Origin: an uncultured Gammaproteobacteria bacterium
GTDB lineage: Bacteria > Patescibacteriota > Patescibacteriia > UBA2591 > UBA6264
Direction: 5' to 3'
Assembly (NCBI GenBank): GCA_964576065.1
Contig: CAZNTW010000001.1
Span: forward strand, 6,079 to 53,863
DNA: 47,785 bases
How positions within the stretch are numbered: the first letter of the stretch is position 1; each line of letters opens with the position of its first letter. The notes beneath the pieces are model-generated. The model ran no database searches, was not told the DNA's origin, and was given only the letters and a program-made list of their open reading frames with translations. Positions 1-8,426 of the stretch are shown piece by piece. The position numbers and the translations under genes are program-made.

Positions 1-55
1 ACAATAGCTTAAAAGTCCGCCAGCCGGCGGATCTACCATTGAGCTATGGACCCGC
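1..55 (-). repeat. Copy 1 of a 55-nt structured element, truncated by the window edge. The minus strand resembles a tRNA 5' half.
   Basis: Identical to 108-162. Minus strand reads GCGGGTCCATAGCTCAATGGTAGATCCGCCGGCTGGCGGACTTTTAAGCTATTGT: an acceptor-like 7-mer, a D-loop-like AGCTCAATGGTAGA, then a 6-bp GC hairpin with a 4-nt loop. No T arm and no 3' acceptor complement. Confidence 0.6.
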
Positions 56-107
56 ACCATTTTTTATTTTCAATTGTAATTAAATTATATCTATAGCAAA
101 GTGACAC

Positions 108-162
108 ACAATAGCTTAAAAGTCCGCCAGCCGGCGGATCTACCATTGAGCTATGGACCCGC
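108..162 (-). repeat. Copy 2 of the 55-nt structured element.
   Basis: 55/55 identity with 1-55, and the flanks are unrelated. Internal stems are ATAGCT/AGCTAT (6 bp) and TCCGCC/GGCGGA (6 bp, loop GGCT on the minus strand). Confidence 0.6.
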
Positions 163-310
163 TTAGAATTTTTGTCTTTTTTGGCGTGTTGACAAAATGT
201 GTAAAAGAAATCATTGCCAAATATTATAAAGTGTTTTAGTATTATAAAAGAAAATAAAAAAAAGTAAACCCTGCTTAGCAAAAAATAATAAAATTAAAAA
301 ATTTCAGATT

Positions 311-1804
311 ATGGTTAAGCGGGTAAAAATAAATAAAAAAATTATGATTAAAAAAGAAAAAAAAGATTTCATTCCAACAACAAAAAAAGATTTCAGTCCG
401 ATTTTTGAAAAATTGCCTCCACAAAATATAGAAGCGGAAGAAGCGCTTTTAGGATCATTAATGATCGACAAAGATGCTGTTATTAAAATAGCCGATCAAA
501 TTGAAACTCAAGATTTCTATAAAGATATACATCAAATGATATTTCAATCTATGTTGGACGTTTGGGAAAGCCGAGAGCCGATTGATATTTTGAGTGTTAG
601 TAATCGTTTAGAAGAAAAAGGACAATTGGATTCAATCGGCGGCCGCAGTTATTTGGCTTCATTGGCTAACACTATTCCCAGTTCCAGCCATATCAGTTCT
701 TACGCCCAAATTGTCAAAAAAAAATCAACTTTGAGAAAATTAATAAAATCTTCTACGGAGATAATTCAAATGGCTTATCAAGAAGAAGATGATACAATTG
801 AACTTTTAGATAAATCAGAGCAAAAAATTTTTTCCATTTCCCAAAAATACGTAACTCAAAAATTCGTTCCACTAAAAGATACATTAGCTCAAGCGTTTGA
901 AAGATTGGATGAACTTCATAAAGGAGATAAAAATATTAGAGGAGTGCCAACCGGATTTAACGACTTGGATGACGTTCTAGCCGGTTTACAGCCGGGCGAG
1001 TTGATTATTTTAGCGGCACGTCCGTCAATAGGCAAATCCGCGCTTGCTTTAGACATTGCTCGCAACGCCGCGGTTTATCATAAAAAATCAGTTGGTATTT
1101 TTAGTTTAGAAATGTCTAAAGAACATATTAGTGATAGGATGATCTGCGCTCAAGCTAATGTTGGCGTTTGGAAATTGAGAACAGGGCGTTTATCACGCAA
1201 GGACGACGATGGCGACTTTGAAAGACTAGGACAAGCAATGGGCATTTTGGCTGATGCGCCGATTTTTATTGATGATACAGCTATGGCCACGCCGATCGAA
1301 ATTAGAACCAAGGCTAGGCGTTTACAAGCGGAGCACGGTTTAGATTTGTTAATTTTGGATTATCTTCAGTTAATGGACGGCGGAATAGATTCAAGAGAAG
1401 GAAGAGTTCAAGAAGTTTCGCACATTTCTCGTTCCTTAAAAGCCGTAGCCAGAGAATTAAATATTCCGATTTTGGCGCTTTCACAACTCTCGCGTGCGCC
1501 AGAAGCCAGAACGCCAGCTATTCCTCGTTTGTCTGATTTAAGGGAGTCGGGGGGACTAGAACAAGATGCGGACGTAGTAATGTTTATTTATCGCAAAAGT
1601 ATGGATCGTGGGATTAAAAATTGCCCCGAACACGAAAAAAATATCGCAGAAATTTATATTGGTAAACATCGTCATGGTCCGGCCGGAGTGATGGTCCCAT
1701 TATATTTTGATAATGATACGGTCAGTTTCCGTAATTTGGAGAAAAAAATGGGCGATTTAGACGAGTCATCGTCAGAAGATGAGACAGCAGAATTGCCATT
1801 TTAA
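311..1804 (+). CDS. dnaB: Replicative DNA helicase DnaB
   Basis: 497-aa ORF with the N-terminal EAEEALLGSLM motif, Walker A (ARPSIGKSALALD) and a RecA-like C-terminal domain (LSQLSR, ESGGLEQDADVV). Length is normal, so no intein. Confidence 0.93.
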   Translation: MVKRVKINKKIMIKKEKKDFIPTTKKDFSPIFEKLPPQNIEAEEALLGSLMIDKDAVIKIADQIETQDFYKDIHQMIFQSMLDVWESREPIDILSVSNRLEEKGQLDSIGGRSYLASLANTIPSSSHISSYAQIVKKKSTLRKLIKSSTEIIQMAYQEEDDTIELLDKSEQKIFSISQKYVTQKFVPLKDTLAQAFERLDELHKGDKNIRGVPTGFNDLDDVLAGLQPGELIILAARPSIGKSALALDIARNAAVYHKKSVGIFSLEMSKEHISDRMICAQANVGVWKLRTGRLSRKDDDGDFERLGQAMGILADAPIFIDDTAMATPIEIRTKARRLQAEHGLDLLILDYLQLMDGGIDSREGRVQEVSHISRSLKAVARELNIPILALSQLSRAPEARTPAIPRLSDLRESGGLEQDADVVMFIYRKSMDRGIKNCPEHEKNIAEIYIGKHRHGPAGVMVPLYFDNDTVSFRNLEKKMGDLDESSSEDETAELPF

Positions 1805-1812
1805 ATAAAATT

Positions 1813-2421
1813 ATGAATTATCCTTCAAACATTCAGGATTTGATTAATGAATTTAGTAGATTTCCCGGCATTGGTCAAAAAACCGCTCAGCGTTTTGTTT
1901 TTTATTTATTAAGAAAACAATCCCAAGATATAGATAGAATAGTTGATTATTTAGAAAAGATTAAAGATTTTAAAATTTGTTCAAAGTGTAATATTTTTTC
2001 AGAAACCGACACTTGCTTAATTTGTCAAGATAAAAAAAGAGATCAAACTGTTATTACGGTCGTGGCTGAACCGCAGGATTTAATGGCAATTGAAAAAATA
2101 GGAGAATATAAGGGGGTTTATTTTATTTTGGGCGGTTTGATTAATACCAGTCAGGATATTACTCCGGACAAAATAAAAGTCAAACAACTGTTGGACCGGT
2201 TAAAAAATGAGCCGGTAAAAGAAATTATTTTTGCGCTGAACTCAACATTAGAAGGAGAAAGCACGACCCTTTATTTGGTTAATTTAATCAGAAAAGATTT
2301 TAATTTAAATAAAAAAATTAAAATGACTAAAGTTGCCCGCGGATTGCCTTTGGGAGGTGAAATAGAATACGCCGACGAAATTACTTTAAGCGAAGCGTTA
2401 AAAGATAGAAAAATTATTTAA
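1813..2421 (+). CDS. recR: Recombination protein RecR
   Basis: FPGIGQKTAQRF helix-hairpin-helix motif, C4 zinc finger (CSKC...CLIC) and a Toprim-like C-terminus. 202 aa. Confidence 0.92.
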   Translation: MNYPSNIQDLINEFSRFPGIGQKTAQRFVFYLLRKQSQDIDRIVDYLEKIKDFKICSKCNIFSETDTCLICQDKKRDQTVITVVAEPQDLMAIEKIGEYKGVYFILGGLINTSQDITPDKIKVKQLLDRLKNEPVKEIIFALNSTLEGESTTLYLVNLIRKDFNLNKKIKMTKVARGLPLGGEIEYADEITLSEALKDRKII

Positions 2422-2426
2422 AAAAT

Positions 2427-2990
2427 ATGTTTAATGAATTAAAACAAAAACATCGGGATTATATTTTGGCTAGAAATTCAATAATTCGGTTTTCCGACGA
2501 AGCTATAAGAAAATCGAAACAAGCGATTTTTTCTCTTCATCGCGACCAATTAATTCAAGCCAAGCAAGAGCTGGAACAAGTAGAAGACAAATTATTAATC
2601 AGTCAATCATTTTTTAAGCACGCCCAAGATTTGAAATATGTTGGCGTTTATAAGGCTGCTATGGAAGAATATTTGGAGGCTAAGCTTTTTGAACAAGCCC
2701 TAAAAACAGGGAAAATCGCGTTCGTTAAAACAAAAACCAAGCCGGGGTTTGATGACTATCTTGGCGCTTTGTGCGATTTAAGCGGTGAATTATTAAGGAA
2801 AATTATTCTTTCGGCTACAGTCGGTAAAAGAGATGAGGCTAAAAAATTCAAAGAATTAGTATCACAAATTATTGAAGAGTTGCTACAATTTGATTTGACC
2901 GGTTATTCGCGCCATAAGTACGATGAAGCAAAAAATAATTTAAAAAAAGCGGAAGAAATAATTTACGATTTGGAAATAAAAAGAAAATAA
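2427..2990 (+). CDS. Translin-family-like helical protein
   Basis: 187 aa, predicted all-helical. Contains the motif DDYLGALCDLSGELLRK, which matches the Y-L-x-G-x-x-D-L-x-G-E-L-x-R signature of translin/TRAX. Assignment is from memory of the family only. Confidence 0.5.
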   Translation: MFNELKQKHRDYILARNSIIRFSDEAIRKSKQAIFSLHRDQLIQAKQELEQVEDKLLISQSFFKHAQDLKYVGVYKAAMEEYLEAKLFEQALKTGKIAFVKTKTKPGFDDYLGALCDLSGELLRKIILSATVGKRDEAKKFKELVSQIIEELLQFDLTGYSRHKYDEAKNNLKKAEEIIYDLEIKRK

Positions 2991-2993
2991 ACA

Positions 2994-3926
2994 ATGGTTA
3001 AAATTTTTCACAAAACAATAAAAGACAACAACCTCAACCTTTTAGACGATTTTAGAATTGGTAGTTGGATTTACGCGGAAAATCCGAGAGAGCAAGAGAT
3101 TGGCGACTTAGCGGAGAGGTTTAAATTAGAACCCGGACTTTTAAGAGACGCAATTGATCCTTATGAGGTTCCTCGTTTAGAGATCGAAGACAGTATAGTC
3201 TATGTTTTTACTCGTTTGCCATTTAAAGAGGAGAAAATTTTTACCCAGCCATTATTGGTTGCTATCGGGAACGATTTTATCTCCACGGTGACCTCAAAGC
3301 AGATTCCATTTTTACAAAAATTTATTGATGGCGGAGTGAAAAATTTTTGTACTACTCAAAAAACCAAATTTTTTTTGCAGATATTTTCCGAAATTAATTT
3401 TGTCTACAATAATTATTTTTATTCAATCAGCCGACAAGTGAGAGAAACCGGCGTTAAAATAGATAAGATAGAAAATGAGGACATAATCAAACTTATCTCT
3501 TTTGAAAATATTTTAAATGATTTTTTGGCCGCTTTATTGCCGACCAATGTCATTTTAAATAATTTACTGGGACCGACTTTAACCGGAAAATTTTTAGAGT
3601 TGTATGAGAACGATAAAGATTTAATTGAAGATTTGATTTTAAGCAATGGTCAACTGATTGATTTATGCCAGGCTAATTTGAAAAATATTGTTAATATCCG
3701 TGAAGCTTATTCTACTATAGTTGCCAATAATCTTAATCGGACGATGAAGTTTTTAACTTCAATTACCGTAATTTTAACCGTGCCGATGATTGTCGGGAGT
3801 TTGTGGGGCATGAATATTCCTTTACCATTAGCTAATTCTTCAAGAGCGTTTCTAATAATGACATTGGGAATATTGGCAGTTTCTATTATTTTGTTAATTA
3901 TTTTTACAAGGAGAAAATGGTTATAA
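2994..3926 (+). CDS. corA: CorA-family magnesium/cobalt transporter
   Basis: 310 aa with two C-terminal TM helices joined by the GMN motif (LWGMNIPLP). Confidence 0.85.
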   Translation: MVKIFHKTIKDNNLNLLDDFRIGSWIYAENPREQEIGDLAERFKLEPGLLRDAIDPYEVPRLEIEDSIVYVFTRLPFKEEKIFTQPLLVAIGNDFISTVTSKQIPFLQKFIDGGVKNFCTTQKTKFFLQIFSEINFVYNNYFYSISRQVRETGVKIDKIENEDIIKLISFENILNDFLAALLPTNVILNNLLGPTLTGKFLELYENDKDLIEDLILSNGQLIDLCQANLKNIVNIREAYSTIVANNLNRTMKFLTSITVILTVPMIVGSLWGMNIPLPLANSSRAFLIMTLGILAVSIILLIIFTRRKWL

Positions 3927-4004
3927 TCTAAATTAGTGGATTTATTTTATTTTTTAATTATAAATTGCGCGGAGATTATAATATTGATAACCGCAGAAAT
4001 TATG

Positions 4005-4036
4005 CTCCGTTCTAGTGATAGAACGGAGTTTCATTT
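4005..4036 (+). terminator. Rho-independent terminator-like hairpin after corA
   Basis: CTCCGTTCTA-GTGA-TAGAACGGAG: a perfect 10-bp stem with a 4-nt loop, followed by TTTCATTT. Confidence 0.5.
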
Positions 4037-4155
4037 ATATATGAATATAAACAATAAAATTATTTCTCAAAAATATTCTCTAACAGTTTTTGCTTTCTTG
4101 CCAAAACCAAAAATATTTAGTAGAATTATAAGCATAACAAGGTATTTAAGCTAAT

Positions 4156-4680
4156 ATGTCAAAAATTAAAAAAGAAGACTATTATTTAGATTTAGCCAGA
4201 GTCGTCGGGCAACGCTCAACTTGTTTTCGTAATCGTTTAGGAGCGGTTATTGTCAGGGACGATCAAATAGTCGCCACCGGCTACATTGGAGCGCCAAGAA
4301 AAACTAAAGATTGTTTAGAAAGAAAAAGTTGTTTAAGAGACGAATTACAGATTCCGCATGGACAGCGTTACGAAATTTGTCGCAGCGTTCATGCCGAGCA
4401 AAATGCCATCATTAATGCGGCGCGCGCCGGCGTATCAATTTTAGGCGGAACAATGTACCTTTCCGGCTTGGCCGGCAACGGATCAATAATTGACGCTTTT
4501 CCTTGTTTTATTTGCAAAAAAATGATTATAAATTCAGGGTTGGAAAATGTCGTTTGTTCCACCAAGACCGGGAAAATTAAAATTTTTTCAGTAAAAAAAT
4601 GGGTAAACGATTGGCAGACTAAAGATATTTTGGACGATAAATATCAATATGGCAAAGACCAAAATAAAAAAATAAATTAA
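4156..4680 (+). CDS. comEB: dCMP deaminase (ComEB/CMP-dCMP deaminase family)
   Basis: Zinc-binding motifs HAEQNA and PCFICKK in the spacing typical of this family. Confidence 0.82.
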   Translation: MSKIKKEDYYLDLARVVGQRSTCFRNRLGAVIVRDDQIVATGYIGAPRKTKDCLERKSCLRDELQIPHGQRYEICRSVHAEQNAIINAARAGVSILGGTMYLSGLAGNGSIIDAFPCFICKKMIINSGLENVVCSTKTGKIKIFSVKKWVNDWQTKDILDDKYQYGKDQNKKIN

Positions 4681-4681
4681 T

Positions 4682-5149
4682 ATGGAAAAAAATAACACTG
4701 GAAAAAACGAATTAACAAAAATCAAAGAAGAAGGTGCGGGAGAAAAGAAGCCCAAACCAATAACTTTTTTGCGATGGTATTTCCCTCGCCGCCCGATAAT
4801 TTTTATCAGATTTTTACTGTTTTCTTATTATATCCAATGGTTTGTTTGGAACATGATCATTTTTTTCAAAAGAGAAAATCTTGAAGCAGCTTTTCTTTTA
4901 CAAAAGAATTGGAAAAGTTTTGGCGGGATAACTTTGATTTTTGGTCCGATAATGGGGACAATATTTATTTTAGTAACTGTCTTGCCGTTGCTTTTGATGT
5001 GGGGCTTTTACGCAATGCGCGCTAGCAAATGGCAGGAAAAAGATCCTTCAATGAGATTTTGGGCCGGAATTGGTTTACTTATAGCTCCATTTATCTCCAC
5101 CCTGTTTTTTATGTTACTTTCTCTAATTTTGGGAGTGTATTACCATTAG
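4682..5149 (+). CDS. Hypothetical membrane protein
   Basis: 155-aa ORF that packs tightly after comEB, with about 4 hydrophobic helices. No family recognised. Confidence 0.5.
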   Translation: MEKNNTGKNELTKIKEEGAGEKKPKPITFLRWYFPRRPIIFIRFLLFSYYIQWFVWNMIIFFKRENLEAAFLLQKNWKSFGGITLIFGPIMGTIFILVTVLPLLLMWGFYAMRASKWQEKDPSMRFWAGIGLLIAPFISTLFFMLLSLILGVYYH

Positions 5150-5155
5150 GCCATT

Positions 5156-6247
5156 ATGACCAAAAGGTTGATTATTATCTACTCATCGTTGTTTATTGCC
5201 GCGGTTTTGGTTTTATTGTTAATTTGGACTAAAGGTCCAATAACAGCTCCTTACAATTCTCAAAATTTGGTGGAAGATTTTTATAAATCGTACTTGAAGC
5301 GAGAGAAAAATGATAATAACGTTGATTTTCTGAATAAATATTTAACCGAGGACCTGACGGAAAGAATAATTAACTCATTAAACCGGGAAAAACAAAGTGA
5401 CTATGATCAAATTTTGTGTTCTAATTCAACTAAAGAAATAAAAATTTCCTTTTTTACCAAGGAAAATAACGAAGTGATCGTTAAAGAAAATTTTGATGGC
5501 GAAGAAAAAGAAATAATCGTTAAACTTATTTTAGACAATGGCGAATATAAAATAAATGAAATTGTCTGCCCAACAATTAGCAGTAAAAGAGTAAAAATAT
5601 TTTTTGCCAATTCTAAAATCAATCAAAACAGAAAAGACTGCCGGCGGGTTTATCAGGTTGAAAGAATGGTTAATAATGACGATTCCGTAGAAAAAATGAC
5701 CCTGAAAGAATTGTTTAAAGGACCAACTGTTGAAGAAGCCGACAATGGTTATTATTCTTGGTTTTCTCAAGCCACCGCCGATATTTTAAGAGATTTTGAA
5801 ATAAAAAACGAAACAGCTTATGTTTATTTAAAAAATATTCGTTTGATAATTCCCAATATTAATATTAATGCTACTTGTGACAGCGCTCAATTTTTGTCGG
5901 AAATAGGCAATACTTTAAAGCAATTTTCCATTGTTAAAAAGGTTGTTATCTCTATTTGGGGCAATCCCGAATTGTTTTATGAATGGTCGCAAACTGAATG
6001 CGTGGACGATAGTTGCGATCAAGCGGCGATAGATAATGGCAATCAATATGATTTTTGCGGACTGTCAACCTATGATAAATGCGACTCTAATAAAGATTGC
6101 GCGCCCGGCGGTTGTTCAGGACAAATTTGTTTATCAAAAAAACAAGAATCCCTTATTACTACTTGCGAATGGAAAGATTGTTATCAGGCCGAGAAATACG
6201 GATTAACTTGTCGATGTTTTAACAAACAGTGCCAATGGATAAAATAA
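5156..6247 (+). CDS. Membrane-anchored protein with a GerMN-like domain and a C-terminal cysteine-cluster domain
   Basis: N-terminal TM helix, a GerMN-like segment (LKELFKGPTVEEADNGYYSWF) and a C-terminal tail of about 60 aa with 10 Cys in an eight-cysteine-cluster-like pattern (CGLSTYDKCDSNKDCAPGGCSGQICLSKK...CEWKDCYQ...CRCFNKQCQW). Confidence 0.6.
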   Translation: MTKRLIIIYSSLFIAAVLVLLLIWTKGPITAPYNSQNLVEDFYKSYLKREKNDNNVDFLNKYLTEDLTERIINSLNREKQSDYDQILCSNSTKEIKISFFTKENNEVIVKENFDGEEKEIIVKLILDNGEYKINEIVCPTISSKRVKIFFANSKINQNRKDCRRVYQVERMVNNDDSVEKMTLKELFKGPTVEEADNGYYSWFSQATADILRDFEIKNETAYVYLKNIRLIIPNININATCDSAQFLSEIGNTLKQFSIVKKVVISIWGNPELFYEWSQTECVDDSCDQAAIDNGNQYDFCGLSTYDKCDSNKDCAPGGCSGQICLSKKQESLITTCEWKDCYQAEKYGLTCRCFNKQCQWIK

Positions 6248-6468
6248 TTTTTATTAAAGCGAAGATTTTTCCTGATTCAAAAAAACAAGAAATTATTAAA
6301 AAAGATGAGAACAGCTTTGAAATAAGGGTTAAGGAAAAGCCCAAACAAGGGAAAGCTAATCAAGGAGCGATTATTATTTTGTCCCGTTATTTTAATGTTT
6401 CTCCAGAAAAAATTCGACTGATAAAGGGTTTCCATCGGGCGAGTAAGACATTTGTTTTATATAAATAA
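6235..6468 (+). CDS. DUF167/YggU-family small protein
   Basis: The segment FEIRVKEKPKQGKANQGAIIILSRYFNVSPEKIRLIKG matches the UPF0235 pattern. ATG at 6235; the ORF track starts at GTG 6229. Overlaps the end of the upstream gene. Confidence 0.6.
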   Translation: MDKIIFIKAKIFPDSKKQEIIKKDENSFEIRVKEKPKQGKANQGAIIILSRYFNVSPEKIRLIKGFHRASKTFVLYK

Positions 6469-6472
6469 ATTT

Positions 6473-7181
6473 ATGAGAAATTTGAAAATCGGTTTTATCG
6501 GCGACGGCGGTCTCTATGGTTTGAATTTTTTAAAAAAATCAGAGTTAAAAATAACTCAAACAGAATATGGCTTGACTTCCTATTATTTAATTGAAGATTA
6601 CCCGCTAATTTTGCGTCACGGCGTTTCAAAAAGCATTCCGCCCCACAAAATAAATTATCGCGCTAACATTAAAACCTTGAAGAATTTAGGCGTAAAGTAT
6701 GTTTTTTCTTTTAATTCTGTCGGTTCTTGCAAAAAAAAGTCTTAAGCCGGGAGAATTTTTGGTACCGGATGATTACATCGGATTTGAAGGAGCAACTTTC
6801 TACGACCAAGAAACAAAATATATTACCCCGGGACTATCGACTGGGGTCAGGAAAATTATGATTAAAGTTTTAAAAAAATCAGGATTTAAATTTAAAACCA
6901 AAGGAGTTTATTTTTAGACCCATGGACCGCGTTATGAAACCAAAGCGGAAATCAAATTAATCAAAAATTTTGGCGACGTAGTTGGTATGACTATGGCCAA
7001 CGAAGCGACTTTAGCCAAAGAAGCTGGTTTGGAATACGGCTAAATTTGTTCAATTGACAATTTGGCTCACGGTGCGGTTAAAATTTCTTTAGCTCAGGAA
7101 TTAGTGGATACTTACGAAAAACAAATTAAGAATAAAATAGAAAAGATAATTGAAGAAATTTTGAGAATAGAGAAAATATGA
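6473..7181 (+). pseudogene. mtnP: Disrupted S-methyl-5'-thioadenosine/purine nucleoside phosphorylase (PNP/MTAP family)
   Basis: Homology runs across three ORF pieces (IGFIGDGG..., NSVGSC / LKPGEFLVPDDYIGF, THGPRYETKAEI...GMTMANEATLAKEAG). There is a frameshift in the A8 run at 6731-6738 and in-frame stops at TAG 6915-6917 and TAA 7041-7043. The terminal TGA overlaps the mtaD ATG (ATGA at 7178-7181). Confidence 0.8.
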
Positions 7182-8426
7182 ATTCAACAGTTTTAATTAA
7201 AAATGTAGTTTTAAACAGAAAGAAAACAGATATTTTTATTCAAAATGGGATAATCAAAGAAATTGGTTTTGAAATAAACAAAAAAGCTAAACAAAGAATA
7301 GATGGCAAGAACGAAAAAGCAGTATTGCCGGGTTTAATTAACGCTCATACTCACGCCGCTATGACGCTTTTACGCGGGTTTGGCGATGATTTGCCTTTAA
7401 AACAATGGTTGGAGCAAAAAATTTGGCCGGCGGAAAGAAAATTATCTGATGACGATATTTATTGGGGAACAAAACTTGCCTGTTTGGAAATGATAAAGAC
7501 AGGAACCACTTGTTTCAATGATATGTATTGGTTCCAAGGGGCGAGCATTCAAGCGATACAAGAAATGTGACTAAAAGCAACTCTCTAGTTGGTCCTTTTA
7601 GATTCTCATTCGCGTGGACAAAAAGAGAGTGTAATAAAATGTTGGGAAAATTTTAAGAGGAGGAAAAATTTAAATATTAATTTTTCTATTGTTCCACATG
7701 CCATTTATACGGTTAGTCGGGATAACCTAATTTGGGCGAAGAATTTTGCCCAAAAGAATAAAATTATTTTACATCTTCATTTGTCAGAAACTAAACAAGA
7801 AGTAGAAGACTATTTTAAAAAAATATAAAATTAGGCCGGTTGAATATTTGGACAGAATCGGACTTTTGAAGAAAAATTGCGTTTTAGCGCATAGTATTTG
7901 GCTATCAGACAAAGAGATAAAAATTTTAGCCAAAAACAAATGTTCGGTTGTCTATACTCCAAACTCAAATATGAAATTGTCTTCGGGAGTTTTTCCTTAC
8001 ACCAAATTTAAAAAAGAAAACATTAATATCTGTTTAGGAACAGACGGAGCATCTTCCAATAATAGTTTGGATTTATTTAGAGAAATGAAGGCCGGATCTC
8101 TTTTGCAAAAAATAAATCAATATAATCCGGTGGTCGCCCCGGCTGAAAAAATGTTTGATTTGGCGACAAAAAATGGAGCTAAAGCCCTAATGATAAAATC
8201 TGGTCGAATTAAAACAGGATATTCAGCCGATCTGATTCTAGTTGATTTAAACCAAATTTGTTTGGTTCCTGGCTACAACCTGGTTTCGGATTTGGTTTAT
8301 TCTTGCTCGGGTAACTGCGTTTCTGATTTAATTTGCGAGGGAAGAATTTTAATGAGAGATAAAAAAGTGCCAGACGAAAATGAAATTATTAAAAAGGCTA
8401 AAAATTATGGATTGCCAAAGGGCTAA
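7178..8426 (+). pseudogene. mtaD: Disrupted 5-methylthioadenosine/S-adenosylhomocysteine deaminase (amidohydrolase)
   Basis: N-terminal motif LPGLINAHTHAAMTLLRGFGDDLPLKQWL, then HLHLSETKQEV, then GTDGASSNNSLD. In-frame stops at TGA 7568-7570 and TAG 7586-7588. A frameshift in the A7 run at 7817-7823 separates ...EDYFKK from YKIRPVEYLDRIGLL. Confidence 0.82.

Noticed and set aside
1-162. The two 55-nt repeats separated by a 52-nt spacer could be the edge of a CRISPR array.
   Set aside because: Only two copies are visible. The identical unit is at least 55 nt, which is longer than typical CRISPR repeats. No cas genes occur anywhere in the window. This cannot be excluded without the sequence to the left.
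1-162. Genuine minus-strand tRNA genes.
   Set aside because: After the D-arm-like segment there is a 4-nt-loop hairpin where a 7-nt anticodon loop should be. There is no T arm (no GTTCRAnnC) and no 3' complement to the GCGGGTC acceptor. The 8-9 linker is also 2 nt too long.
163-310. Replication origin or DnaA-box cluster upstream of dnaB.
   Set aside because: No TTATCCACA-like 9-mers are found in this AT-rich spacer. Isolated near-matches elsewhere, such as TTATCCACT near 25051, lie inside genes and are not clustered.
3936-4154. 72-aa ORF in the corA-comEB spacer.
   Set aside because: The sequence is low-complexity and AT-driven. It spans the corA terminator hairpin at 4005-4028, has no recognisable motif and no Shine-Dalgarno sequence. 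It is treated as non-coding.
7568-7570. TGA in mtaD could be a reassigned sense codon (Gly as in code 25, or Trp as in code 4). It falls where homologues appear to have the Gly of an E-x-G-[IL]-[RK]-A segment.
   Set aside because: TGA clearly functions as a stop elsewhere: in the ATGA overlaps at 7178-7181, 18659-18662 and 34417-34420, and at the RF2 autoregulatory CTT TGA C site at 23927-23933. An RF2 gene is present. The same two genes also contain in-frame TAG and TAA codons plus frameshifts, so pseudogenisation explains everything.
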